A DNA stretch of 64,000 nucleotides from Antedon mediterranea (Eukaryota; Animalia; Echinodermata), in the NCBI RefSeq assembly GCF_964355755.1, contig NC_092675.1, positions 25,330,912 to 25,394,911 of the forward strand. Reading direction: 5' to 3'. Below the pieces are notes generated by a model. That model had not been told where the DNA came from and searched no databases. It saw only the letters and a list, made by a program, of their open reading frames with translations. Position numbers and translations under genes: made by a program. Position 1 is the stretch's first letter, and every line of letters starts with the position of its first letter. Shown one piece after another: positions 1 to 13,539 of the stretch.

Positions 1-343
1 GCCTACTTAACACAGCTTGAGCTTTATTGAGAAATATTTGAAGTACCGGTAGTGTTAAAATATTTCTGCTTATAAATTTAAGCTTTTTGGGGATTAAAAT
101 TAGATATTTATGCATATCAACTTTAATAGATCTCTTCACAATTTTGCAACAGACTGCATAGTAATGGCATGTTTCTGATTACGTTGTTTGGAGAATAACA
201 TACATATCCTAGTTTATAAAAATATTTTGTGGCAGTCAATGTCATTTCTATTTCTTTGTTTACCTTTTTAATGCATAACATATAGTCTAGTAGGAAGGAG
301 GGGTTCATATATTAATTTGTATACAATCTTTATTCTTGTACAG

Positions 344-2655
344 CACTGCCGTTATTGGTAGTCGCGGCTCTAGCGGGTGCAGTACCAGAAGGGTACGGAA
401 CTGATAAATTGTGAGTACTCCTTTAACTATAATACTATAATTATGATTTAAAATTAAAAAGATCGCTGAGATGATGTGTGACGAGAAAGAACGTGACAAT
501 AATAGTAATAATGTTGTTTTTTCGTATACATTACAGTTGTTGGTTGTCGACAGAAAATAACTTTATTTTTGCCTTTGTTGCTCCTGTTGCAGGTATTATT
601 CTGGTAAGCTAGATTTTATCTCATTATTACAAAATATATGCACACTTACATTTTATTTTAAATCTAAACGCTAAAAGTAAAAATTATGTTTGGGAAACGC
701 CCTCTATATAAACAATCATTTTTGTGCCAAGCTTATCTGGATATATCTGTTTTAATAAATCGTATAAATCATGATTCTTTTTCATTTTTCTAGTTGAATT
801 TCATCATACTCATTGTATCATTAAGGAAAGCTTATGCAAGCAGCAACGCAATGAATCAAGATGCCACAAAAACACAACAACTAAGGTACATCAGTTATGT
901 AACTGTGAATGTAAACCCACTCATTCACTTGTTGTACTCTGGAGATAAATATTATACTATTCACTACGAAAATACTTCGTTTACGTTCCCGAGATATGCC
1001 TACACATGCTATTTTGATAGATTTAATATACATTTATACAAACGTATTGCTTGGCGATGAATGGAACATTTTTATAATATAATATGTATAATTATTTGTT
1101 TTAACACAAATAGGTACATGTATGGGTCCTTGGGGTATAGACTTAAAACCCTTGACAATAAATATATAAACCATTTTTGTCGCAATTTGAAGCGCAAATT
1201 TCTTGTATGCCTAATTTGATGGTCACGATATAATGTGTTATTTTTTTTTAACAGAACGTGGATAAAAGGTGCAATTACATTGTTGTTTTTATTGGGATCA
1301 ACATGGGCCACTGGACTTCTGTTTTTCAATCAGTCATCAATTACTATGGCGTACATCTTCACTGTTCTTAATTCTTTACAGGTAATTGAATAAAATATAT
1401 GAAGGAATAATGTTTTATAACCTGTGAAGCATTGTGTGATTTTTTATTTGTTTATATATTTTATCTTGAGACTCAATCACGGACGTACTGTGCTGTAATA
1501 TATCTTTACATTATTATACAGTCCTGGTATGGGAATTCTCCTACATTATTCGTTCGTACAAAATTGCTAGACAGGGAACGTATAATCCAAATATGCTAAA
1601 TACTGTATTTTTATAGGGATTTTATTGTTTTAATGCTAGACAGCGGGAATAATCCAATATGCTAAATACTATTTGTTTATAGGGATTTTTCATTTTCCTG
1701 TTTTACTGTTTCAATAATGATGCTATTAAAAAAGAATTAAGAAGGTGGCTGTCAAGAAAAGCATGGGTACCAAAGAGAATCCGAGAACATTTGAAAGATA
1801 AGCCAAAATTAACCACGATGAATTCAATAATGGTAAATAATATTGTGATGGTAATAATAAGACATCATCCAAATTCAATATCATTGTTATGGTGCGGGTG
1901 AGTTAGTGTAATGACGATGATATGATTTTATAATTCTCATGGCGATAGATGAGAATATTAAGGATGATGATGATGGTGATGATGATGACGATGATGATGA
2001 CGATGGTGATGACGATGATGATGATGATGATCGACGATAATGATAAGTATGATGGTTGTGAATTTATAATCACAATACCGCAAACCTTTACTAGTTCAAT
2101 TTAAGCAATATTATAACGATACTGATTATTTAGATGATGATAATGATTATAATTAGTATTGATAATGGTTTTAATGGTTTAATATTGGATTTGAAGACGA
2201 TGATAAGAAGGATGTTGATGATTTTGAATAGACCCGATTGACTTTAGTATAAGAAATTAATTATAGTTATTTTTTTTGTTAAATTTAGACAACACACACC
2301 AACCAATTGCCTGCAGCAAACAAAATAGGTAACTATATTAATCATTTATTATAAAAATGATATAACCATGACGTCACAACAATTGTACCGAGACATCATA
2401 ATCGTAAATAACATCCAGAATGACTAGCATTCAATCTTTGAACGTGTTACTTTTTACGGCGTCCAGAATTGTGTAATTATGTTATTAACAAATATAAAAC
2501 GGGTTTTTTAATGAATAATGTTTGACTAATTTTCAGAAACCATGCCTACTATTTCATGTGGATATTCAAAAGACTATACAATTTCTAGTCTTCTGACGCC
2601 AGCTACTATCAGTATGGTCGACTTTACTATGGCATCGTACTCTAAAAAAAACTAG
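344..2655 (+). CDS. Adhesion GPCR (latrophilin/ADGRL/ADGRE-like 7TM), 3' portion only; the 5' part lies upstream of the window
   Basis: GT-AG exons in continuous frame: 344-410 ([22 protein letters not shown]), 537-603 ([22 protein letters not shown]), 794-885 ([14 protein letters not shown]...KTQQLR), 1255-1381 ([42 protein letters not shown]), 1683-1832 ([23 protein letters not shown]...), 2289-2328, 2537-2655 (stop TAG). The YGT-CWL, LLG-TW and NSLQGFFIF motifs are family B2 (7tm_2) hallmarks. The last two exons are less certain. Confidence 0.9.
1963..2045. repeat. (GAT/GAC)n trinucleotide microsatellite, intronic
   Basis: gatgatgatgatggtgatgatgatgacgatgat... visible directly. Confidence 0.9.
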
Positions 2656-3498
2656 CATACTGGCATTCGAAAATGCGTACATGGAGTAAGTTGAAATTGA
2701 GAGACCTGATAAGCGTCATTTTTTTTGCACCAGGTATAATCTGGGTTATAGATGAAAAGTTAAAATTAATCATTATAATCATTATTCTAAAGTTCTTGTA
2801 ACGATTTGCTCAACATAATCAACACAAATAAATCTCTATCGTATCAGTTTGTTTCATGTCAATACTCAATATGGTATTTAAATAGGTACAAATTAGAAGA
2901 AGACAATTTTATAGTTCTAGTTGTCCCATGATGAGGTACAGTGCACTAAGTCCTTCCATATGGGAATTAGTAGTTGTACTCATCATGTACTAGATTCTTT
3001 AAAATGCACATGAGCTAGAGAAGACTCCTTCTACCACCAGAACCCTGTAGCGAGTGAGCCTCGAATTATTGCCGATGTTATGGCAACGTAATTTCACTGT
3101 CTTAACCCCCGGACACTCACTCGCAGAGATACAATGTAATAGGATAATTAACTGTTAATACAAATGTTGATTTGCTGTGAAAAGTAACGTAACTTAATTG
3201 TAAATGTAATTGTTGCATACGTGTTACATGTAAAGAGTAATTGAGAATGATATTAATTGTGTACAATATTACCACAAAAAAAAAAATCTATGATGATGGA
3301 AAAGTGACCTACCTTTATTGTCCTTTTTATTTTCATTATCGCAGTGTATTTGACGTATTATAACACACAGTAGATTCTTGTAATTTGATTGAACGATTGT
3401 GGGTCACATGATGTTAAATAAATGTACTATAACAATTTCGAGGGTGTGGTGTTGTTATACGCAATTGAGTACCGCAATTACGCATTTGGTTCCTTCTT

Positions 3499-4028
3499 GG
3501 CCAAAATATAGAATTTTTAAAAATTCAATTATTATGCAATAATATTTCCATATATGCGCATATATTGCGTTATCATCATCTTATAGAGTCATATTAACCA
3601 GTTATGTCAAAAATAAACGGGTAGAAATTTGGTCATTTAAAAAAAAAAAATTCTGTAGGCCTACAGGGATTTTTTTGGCCATAGGCCTATATGCGCATAT
3701 ATTGCGTTATCATCATCTTATAGTCATAACCAGTTATGTTTAAAAAAAATGTCGACATTTGGTCATTTTTTCCCTGTAGGCCTACTATAGCACAGGAATT
3801 TTTCAAAAATGGCCAAATATCGACATTTTAAAATTCAATTATTATGCAATAATACTGCCATATATGTTTATTTATTGCGGTATCATCTTATAGAGTCATA
3901 GTAACCAGTTTTGTCAAAAAATAAACGGGTCGAAATTTTGGCATTTTTTTGAAAATTTCCCTGTACAGTGATGTTTTGAAAAATGGCCAAAATATCAACT
4001 TTTAAAATTCAATTATTATGCAATAATA
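3499..4028. repeat. About 3 diverged tandem copies of a ~175-bp unit
   Basis: The motif aaaattcaattattatgcaataat occurs three times (~3520, ~3830, ~4004) and tattgcg(t/g)tatcatc...aaccagtt also three times (~3563, ~3700, ~3873). Confidence 0.75.
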
Positions 4029-6081
4029 ACTCGGAAATAACTTAACTTACTTCAACATATGGGGCTGTGTAAACAGTGTGTGGGGGAACTTTCATAGTCG
4101 GCAATTATCAAAGACAATTTTGCGTAAAATAAATTGAACTCTCTAATGGGTAGGGGGATATTAAGTCGCTTCTTCTTCATCCCTGATTCCTTTTATTTGC
4201 AATTGCCAAGGTGTAACATTTGGATAAAATCAAAGAGAATTCTTAAGTAAAAGATTAAGTTCTCGTTTTGTATTATGTCGGTAGCGCCAGATAGGCCGGA
4301 CAATAATCGATACTGACGTTCAATAGGCTGCAGATATTCAACAATGAACGCATATGGTAACGTGGCGCAATAAAAACAACATTATACTAAATGAGATTTG
4401 AACAATATATTTAAAGAAAATGGCATAGAAAACAAAACACAATCAGTAGTAATGATGTACAGCAACAATCATGATGATTAAACTCTGCACATATTGTCTT
4501 CTGCAGGCCTATCAACCATTGCTAAAGAGCCAATCATTTTGATGATTTCCAGTAAAGGCTTTTGTGTTTGTGTTTGTTAATTCTCACCTGATAGATGTTT
4601 GCGTCATCGTGTCTCCATTTATTACTATACGAATTGATCATACATTTTACATTATATTTGGTAAAGAAGATTTTTATATTAATTACTTCTACTAAATATA
4701 ATGCAAAATAATACTTCATTTTACACAATCACATTGGCCTACTTGGTTTTAAATGAATCCGTTTACAATAAGATATCCCATTTATTTACAGAACCTCTTA
4801 GTTTTAGGACACCTTTATTAAGGGGTGGCGCTTGTTGGGTCCACTTAATGGCTCTACCTATCATTTTTACAAAGTTTTAAAACTTGCTCGACCATAGAAT
4901 AAAATAAAGTTATGGCATATGATAATAGCCGATACATGTGAACACATGTGATGCTATATCTTGGCTATGGTGTAGGTAAATTAAGATACAGTAAGCTACT
5001 GATATTCGACCTAGACTGTGTAATAAACGTGTTTAAAATATAAATAGACACTCTGTACGTTTACATGCCGCTGGAAATGACATTACATGAAATTCGATTA
5101 GATTGTCCTGCATCGGTCAACAACTTTCATGCAGAGTCGAATTTTCTTAAAATATACAGGCAAACGCAAATAAAGCGGTACTCCAAGCCTATTATTCCAA
5201 AGTCAATACGATAATCGTTGCAACATTTTGTAATAATAAGTAGGCCCTAATCAATATTTATCATAAAGCAAAAAATTATCAATGTTTGTTACTCGAGTTT
5301 GTGCTTCAACTGGATCATTGGTTTTGGTCAATTTCACAAAGCGAGTACAATCTCCCACTCAACAACATACGATGTATTTCTAATAATACTGATCCTTAAA
5401 AACATATTTGCAGAATAGTTAACATCTGTTTACATTAAATAAAACCATGAATAATCTTATAATTAGTTCAATTACGACATTACAAGCAACAATACCGTAA
5501 GTAGTTCAATTTTGATCGAGTTTAACAACAGACTCGCAAATCCAGTCTTCGAATATAAACATATGCATAATATTAAAATAAGTAAATGTTATTAAACAAA
5601 TTAAATTAACTAAATTCTAAAAAAGTCACTCTGAACTTGAATTTATAATTAGTTAAATTAAGAGAATACTTAATATGCTGGTATAACATTAAACACCACT
5701 CAATGTTTTAAACAGTGTAAATTAATCTTGTTAGAATAATACAACCGATTTCTGAATATTAATAACGTGTGATAATGATTATGGCAATAATTTGCTACTA
5801 ACCTTAGGTTAGCATGAATATAGACTATCATTTTAACACAATCCATCATTTGGTATTAAAATGGAATATCAAATTTAAACAAACCAACAAAAATAACAAG
5901 TGTAATCTAACACCTTATATGAAACACCAGTCTCCATGGAGGCCATTATCGCCGAAATCATATCATACTCAAACGGCTATGAATGTGCCAAATTTATAAG
6001 TGTAATCATTATCTGTTGCACGAATGAAAATGCGTCGGTTGATACATTATCACGTCGATTTAAACATCCTTGAGATGGTCC

Positions 6082-6116
6082 TATATAAAGTGACAATATT
6101 AGTTTTTGAATCAGAC
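6082..6116 (+). promoter_or_regulatory. TATA box and Inr-like element of the ShK peptide gene
   Basis: TATATAAA at 6082-6089 and TCAGAC at 6111-6116, ~30 nt downstream; the ATG follows at 6188 in an AAAATGG context. Confidence 0.6.
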
Positions 6117-6187
6117 TATCTTACAACTTGCAAGAAGTAAGTGCCAATTTCAGTTGATCCTCAGGACGAACAAACTTTAGCATTAAA

Positions 6188-7154
6188 ATGGCCAGGACAC
6201 TTTGCCTCATCCTTATCGGAATGCTCGCTCTTAGTGTGATTCTTCCAGTAAGTAGAACGATTTCTTTTTTCTTTAATATTTATTTTTCTTCTTTTTGTTA
6301 TTCATTATTATGTATTCATGATTGTAAGCAATTGTTTGGATTATCCATTTTTGTTGCAATTGAAGAAACTTTGCAGGCGATATTAAAGAAAACCGTAGTA
6401 ATAAATACATTGAAAGACAGACCAATCTAGAGTTCGTAATGTAATCATGTCAAACAGGGATAGTACGGTTCTACCGCATGATTCAAACAAATGTAATTTA
6501 GTGGTTAGATCTTCAGTGAGAAATGTTTAACATAAAACCAAGAGCAGACTTCACAAAATGTTTCATTTTGTTCACAATTACCAGTGTATTAATTCACTAC
6601 TTTCTTTTACTAAACAGAATGAACAGATGACAGCATCTGCACAAGGTAGGCCCAAATTTATAATACTTTAGAGCGTGGTCCGTGTATAATATCATGGAGG
6701 TGGTAGACATGACCTAGTGTTGACATTATTTATTCTGTCTTTATACTGAATGACACTTTCAGTGCTAAAGCATTGATTTCCAAAGTGGTTCAGTACAGAA
6801 ACGTTAACAATATAATAAAAATAATTCAAAGACAACTAACAAAGTAATTTACATTAGTACACACACATTTACAAAAAGGTAAAAAATGCTTAACATTAAA
6901 TCAAATGAATTTGTCGTTTTGTAGAGTGTGTTAGCGGAATTAATTAAATATCTACATCGACAAAATAAAATGTAAACAAAATATATATTTTCAAACAGAC
7001 ATGACATAACGATTAATTTCAATGTTCACTTTCAGATTGTACAGATACGGGCGCTCCGCCTTACTGTGCAGCTTTATCAAATATGGGCCTGTGCAACACA
7101 GAAACTTTCAGTGACGGTGCTTTAACTTGTATGGCAACCTGCGGCTTCTGTTAA
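6188..7154 (+). CDS. Secreted single-ShKT-domain peptide precursor (68 aa)
   Basis: Exons 6188-6247, 6618-6645 and 7036-7154 (all GT-AG, 207 nt) give MARTLCLILIGMLALSVILP-NEQMTASAQ-DCTDTGAPPYCAALSNMGLCNTETFSDGALTCMATCGFC*. It has a hydrophobic signal peptide and the pattern C-x8-C-x8-C-x11-C-x3-C-x2-C, with the ShKT signatures CxD at the start and CxxTCGxC at the end. A 3'UTR intron (7156-7610) and AATAAA at 7881 follow. Confidence 0.9.
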
Positions 7155-10100
7155 AGTAAGTGACTCAATACTATTTGACACACGCGCGCGCACTTGTGAC
7201 AACATTTGGTATACGAATTCTGAACTACTAACATGGAGCTATAACATTCTAATTTTATAGCTCTATGCTGTCTATTATAATAGATAATAAAAACAAATCC
7301 TTGATAATTAATAAAAACAAAAATGTTTAAAGCATGCTCCAATAATAATACAGTACTAGGATTCAATATCCATTTGTCGATTGTAACTGAGAAGCGGCGT
7401 TTTTTGCCAATTGTATTTGGAGTCTGACAAACGTATAGCCAACGATGAACAGCCCGTCAAACTTTAATGCTATCTTAATTTTTGTTAAATATCATATCGC
7501 AGAAGTCAGATTTCTTTCCGTACCACCTAAATTTTAAATGGGTCCGGATATATTGCCATTGAATATTTAGTTTACTGTAATATTTTGTAACTTAAATGTT
7601 TATTTCACAGAATAAGCCGACGCGCATCATGGATAAACGATATCTCCTAACACATGTGTATCAAGTTAAGATCACCACCACACAAAAGTTAGCATCTGCT
7701 GCTGTCTTTATCAGATAAGAGGGGTGTGGTACAACTTCTTCAAAAGCACATTATTTTATGTAATCACATAGTAAAGTTAGTATGAGCTAACTATTTCTTA
7801 GTATTAGATATGTTTTAATTTTGAGCCAACAATCAATCTTATATATTTAAGAAAAACAACTACTTTGATTTGATTTGATCAATAAACAGCATTCTTTTGC
7901 TCAAAAACGTTAATTTGTTAATTGTGTGTAATATTTATATATATGCCTACAGTATAAAAAGCCAAAAGAAAGAAAAGGGTTTAAGTATTTGGAAAAAAAT
8001 ATATTTAAAATACATGACGAGCGGCAGACGAAAGATAATATAGAGATATTGTACGTCATTATCGTAAAACAATATTTGTACATATAATAGGAGAAACGAA
8101 TAGTGTTCTACTCAGCTGACAATTCTACCGACCGCCTGACTAACAACAGATACTATAGTATTAATAAATATAAATAATATTGTTATGAAAATATTTCAAC
8201 TTTTTAATCAATACATGGACTAACGTTTGCAGACACGATTTTTCATTTATTGTTGCTTTACCACTAAAAAGGTAAAACTTTTCTCCGGGTAAGCTGTACC
8301 AAATACTCAACCAATACTCGACGCAACATTCCCGGATATTGATTCAAGCGACGCATTACCGAAAACTGATTAATAATAAACCCTACCATGCATCACCGTG
8401 ACATCATTATTATTACAACACAACCATTCGTACAATAAACTCATACCTGTATAACTTCCAACATGTCCGTCATGGTGTACTACGATCGGATAACCAACCA
8501 AAATGACAAATATTGTTTTAATAAACCGTGTTTACACCACCATTATAACACCTAAATAAATTCCTGTCATTTCATTGGACGATTGTAGGTACATGGCGTG
8601 CAATAGTACACAAATAATGAATGTTTATGAGTGTAATGGTACAAATAATGGTATGAGGTGAATGATGAAAGGTTATAGGAAATACGAATATAAAACATTC
8701 ATTATTTGTTTTATTATAAAATCTAAATATTCCTGTCATTTGAATCAGATTGAATAAAAAAGCCTATGGCTATGCCAAGTGTCTTTAATTCCCATTTATT
8801 TGTTTTTTTCCCCTAATATATTAAGTATTATATTTATTTGAATTTTATAAACACACCTACTGTTAGTGCTCATTATGTCAACAAACGACCAAACAATCCT
8901 AGGCCTAACTAGGGCCTAGCCTACTACTACTAACTCAACAGGCATAGATAGATACCATTACGAAACTTTGTCGTCGACAGGCAACTCATCTAGGCTATTT
9001 TTTCCCCCCAACGATTCTACGTCTTGCAGAGATGTTCCCATTAATTAATCACAATCATACAAACGATCTAAAGCTAATTTAAATGTCTATTTTTGTTCTA
9101 AATTAGTAAATATCTACTTAAAAAATGTACTTCCGCCGTCGCGATCCAGTCAACACACTCAATCTTCGCGGTGCAAATACAAAATAGGTGGCGCTGTTGT
9201 ATTTCAAAGGTAATTGTTAAAAAAAAAAAAACATTTTCTAAACGCTGATAAAAAATTTTTTTCGTACACGAAAAAAGTACAGTACTATTGAACGACCGCC
9301 GTTTGTACCTACAAGGCGTGGAATTGTTGGAAGAACTAGCCTACTAAATAGTAATAGATGAGTTCCAGTTGCCTGTTTGTCGAAGTTTTGTAATGGTATG
9401 GCTGCCTTTCTATAGCCAAGCTAGGCCTCCTATTATTCTTAGGCTAGGGGGTGTCACGAAACCTAAAGACCACGAAAGCTAAGATAGACCCCTAAGACCT
9501 ACTAAGATCACGAAAGCTAAAACCAAGACCTAAGATTACAAATTCTAAGATATACTACAGCTTAAAAACAATACTTGTTTATCCATACATAATTTTAAAC
9601 ACAGTAGGTTTCATTTATTACCATAAATATAATTAAATACTACCGCAAAACATAGATAAACTCACATTATTTTCGCCCGTTGAGTAAATGTCTATTTTTT
9701 CTTTACAACAAACAAACTTGACGGGTTGTTTGTTGGTATATATTTACTCCATTGTGTTGGTTCAGAGGATGTTTTTCTTACGCACCTGCCTTTCTTGTAT
9801 TTTGACTCCAAATTTGTTGACTAACTTTATCCTGAATACCACACTTTAAAATTAGGATTTATAGGTACTTTCAGAAGGAGAAACACAAAAACAAATAAAT
9901 AAATCCTTTAAATTGATGATTTTACAGACATGTTTCTTTGTATACTCATGGAGTATTCTTTACTCCATGGTATAGGCCATATAAAAAAAAACAACAGTTG
10001 ATCGTCCCCGCCCGCATGCTTTTTTCAGGCCGCATCAATTTTTATTTTATTTTTTATTTCGATATTTTGTATATAAAACATTGATTTATGTTGTACCTTT

Positions 10101-10618
10101 GTCGAAAGCTAGGCCTAGCTCTTTCTTTTTTCGCGATCCACAGCCGTCGGGAGCCATCTATACACATCGTCGACTGCGATAAATTTGAGGTCATATTCTT
10201 TGATTATAGGTCAGCGATGATAGAGGTATCACTGCCGTTGAATGTATGAATATTTTGAATTACACTCATCATGGCAGGTATATAAAATATACCAAATTGG
10301 CTAGTTGAGAATTCTCAACTATTACCGCAGTACGCCTGTAACGACGAAGCCTACCAGTATAATAGGATAGGCTGATTTCCTTGTTAACTTAAGGGGTCAT
10401 TTCATTTCTGAATTATGATTGGTAGTAAAGGAAATTTACTGGAATCCTATTGGATGGTAAGGTGGTAGTAGGACCATGTCCATCCCATTGCAGTAATAAA
10501 GTTGAGCCACCTGCGACCATTACAATGTCCTACCATGCTAATGTAGGAGTGGGGAAATGTTATGCTTACTACTGTTTCTTTTAATAATTTAATACAATTA
10601 ATAAGAATAAAGAATACA

Positions 10619-11826
10619 CTTAACAATATACAACAAATAACATTAATGTACGATGTAGTTTAACACTGTTCTCAACTATAGTCATTTTGGTATACTTGAG
10701 CACATTGATAAAGAATAGGATAAACTTAACAATATACGACAAATAACAGTAATGTACGATCCCGTTTAACACTGTTCTCAACTATAGTCATTTTGGTATA
10801 CTTGAGCACAGTGATAAAGAATAGGATAAACTTAACAATATACAACAACAATGTACGATCCCGTTTAACACTGTTCTCAACTATAGTCATTTTGGTATAC
10901 TTGAGCACAGTGATAAAGAATAGGATAAACTTAACAATATACAACAACAATGTACGATCCCGTTTAACACTGTTCTCAACTATAGTCATTTTGGTATACT
11001 TGAGCACATTGATAAAGAATAGGATAAACTTAACAATATACAACAAAAAACATTAATGTACGATCCAGTTTAACACTGTCCTCGACTATAGTCATTTTGG
11101 TATACTTGAGAACAGTTATAAAGAATAGGATAAACTTAACAATATACAACAAAAAACATTAATGTACGATCCAGTTTAACACTGTCCTCGACTATAGTCA
11201 TTTTGGTATACTTGAGCACAGTGATAAAGAATAGGATAAACTTAACAATATACAACAAAAAACATTAATGTACGATCCAGTTTAACACTGTTCTCAACTA
11301 TAGTCATTTTGGTATACTTGAGCACAGTGATAAAGAATAGGATAAACTTAAAAATATACAACAAAAAACATTAATGTACGATCCAGTTTAACACTGTTCT
11401 CAACTATAGTCATTTTGGTATACTTGAGAACAGTGATAAAAAATAGGATAAACTTAACAATGTACAACAAAAAACGTACATTAATGTACGATCCCGTTTA
11501 ACACTGTTCTCAACTATAGTCATTTTGGTATACTTGAGCACAGTGATAAAGAATAGGATAAACTTAATAATATACAACAAATAACATTAATGTACGATCC
11601 AGTTTACCACTGTTCTCAACTATATAGTCATTTTGGTATACAACAAAAAACATTAATGTACGATCCAGTTTAACACTGTTCTCAACTATAGTCATTTTGG
11701 TATACTTGAGCACAGTGATAAAGAATAGGATAAACTTAACAATATACAACAAAAAACATTAATGTACGATCCCGTTTACCACTGTTCTCAACAATAGTCA
11801 TTTTGGTATACTTGAACACAGTGATA
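10619..11826 (+). repeat. Tandem array of a 106-bp unit (~11-12 copies, two 99-bp variants)
   Basis: Unit starts (cttaacaatatacaac...) at 10619, 10725, 10831, 10930, 11029, 11135, 11241, 11347, 11453, 11563 and 11735. Confidence 0.95.
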
Positions 11827-11839
11827 ATATGAAAAACAT

Positions 11840-13110
11840 AATAACACTATAATATTGTAGATGAATGACGCGGACACGTACATATGTTCATAAGTAATTG
11901 ATATAAATTGACTTTTAAAAGTGGAATTAACACAAATGATTGTAGATAAATATGACGTGAATTGCACGTACATTATGTTGATGAGTAGTATATTTATATA
12001 AATCGACTTTGAAAAGTGAAATAACACTAATATTGGTAGATGAATATGACGTGGACACGTACATAATTATATTGATTAGTATATTGATATAAATCGACTT
12101 TTAAAAGTCAAATTAACACTAATATTTGTAGATGAATATGACTTGGACACGATTTACATTATGTTGATGAGTATATTGATATAAATCGACTTTTAAAAGT
12201 GAAAAAACACTAATATTTGTAGATGAATATGACGTGGACACGTACGGTACATAATGTTGATGAATATATTGATATAAATCGACTTTTAAAAGTGAAATAA
12301 CACTATTAGTTGTACACTATTGATCATATATGAATATGACGTGAATTGCACGTACATATGTTGATGAGTAGGCCTATATTGATATAATTGACTTCGAAAA
12401 GTGAAATAACACTGATTTGTAAATAAATATGACGTGGACAAGTACATTTATTGATGAGTATATTGATAAATCGACTTTTAAAAGTGAAATAACACTAATA
12501 TTTATAGATGAATATGACGTGGACACGTACATGTTGATGAGTATATTGATATAAATCGACTTTTAAAAGTGGAATTAATACTCTTGATTGTAGACGTGAA
12601 TTGCACGTACATATGTTGATGAGTGTATTGATATAAATCGACTAAACGTTAAATAACACTATCTTGTACAAGTACCCTCACTTGCACTGATGAAGGGCTA
12701 GTGTTGCCCGAAAACTCTGCTAACTTTTCTGGCTGTTTTACTTTATCGTTTTGATTTAGCTTTTCGCTTCTTTTTTTTGTATCTCCATTGAGACCACAGC
12801 ATTGTTATTATTTCAGTATTTTGCCTTTGGATTTACTAATATTAAAAGTGAAATAACACTAATGACTGTAGATGATATGACATTTATGTTGATGTATATA
12901 TTTTTGTATATATAATATGGACACCTACATACGTTGATAGGTATTGATATAAATAGATTTTTAAAAGTACGGTAATAGACACTTTATTTGTAGATGAATA
13001 CGACATGGACAAGTTGCAATAAATGCTATCGTTATATCGTATGTTGATGAGTATTGATATAAATCGACTTTTTTAAAGTGGAATAACACTAAAATGTATA
13101 GATGGATATG
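11840..13110 (+). repeat. Older, diverged tandem array of an ~85-95-bp unit, interrupted at ~12666-12835
   Basis: Recurring aacactaatat..gtagatgaatatgacgtggacacgtacat...tattgatataaatcgacttttaaaagtgaaat (units at ~11843, 11928, 12023, 12115, 12206, 12299, 12408, 12491, 12655, 12854, 13084). Confidence 0.9.
12682..12722 (+). ncRNA. Minimal type I hammerhead-ribozyme-like motif in a Penelope/retrozyme-like fragment (12666-12835)
   Basis: gca-CTGATGA-A-GGGC-tagtgtt-GCCC-GAAA-ac-TC-tgc: both conserved core boxes, a 4-bp stem II, a UC cleavage site and gca/tgc helix I. Stem III is vestigial. Confidence 0.55.
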
Positions 13111-13328
13111 GCCTCAACAAGTATTGTATTAAGCGGTACTGTATATTGATAGACTTCATACCTGTAATGTCAATGAAATCTGGCAACAAGAATTGCGTTT
13201 GATCCTCCTAATAGTATTCTAATAATCTTGGTTTGTAAAGGAGGCATGAAAAATCTAAACGCATAGCCAGGGGAGGGGTTGGAGTTTCGAACAAACTCCC
13301 CTGTGCCCGTCCTACGGTTTTTGTGAAC

Positions 13329-13448
13329 TTTTTAGTAGCGTGCAAACGCGACTCTACAGCTCACTATGTCGGTCGGTCGGTCGGTCGGTAAACAGCAACT
13401 CAAATTTGAGCACGCGACTGCAGCCATGTATAGGCCTATAGCCTGTTT
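13329..13448 (+). mobile_element. DINE-1/Helentron-associated-like short element
   Basis: TTTTTAGTAGCGTGCAAACGCGACT 5' imperfect palindrome, a (GTCG)n microsatellite, an inverted subterminal copy GCACGCGACT and a small 3' hairpin ending at T residues. Confidence 0.5.
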
Positions 13449-13539
13449 ATACTAGAAATCAGCAGTGAAAGTATATGTAAATAATATGTGTTAATATAGA
13501 ATTAGTTTTTTTAATTTAATAAATACTATTTAAAGTTGA

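Noticed and set aside
6188-6430. 80-aa ORF as a single-exon membrane protein
   Set aside because: Only the first 20 codons are exonic; a gtaagt donor at 6248 leads to the ShK exons.
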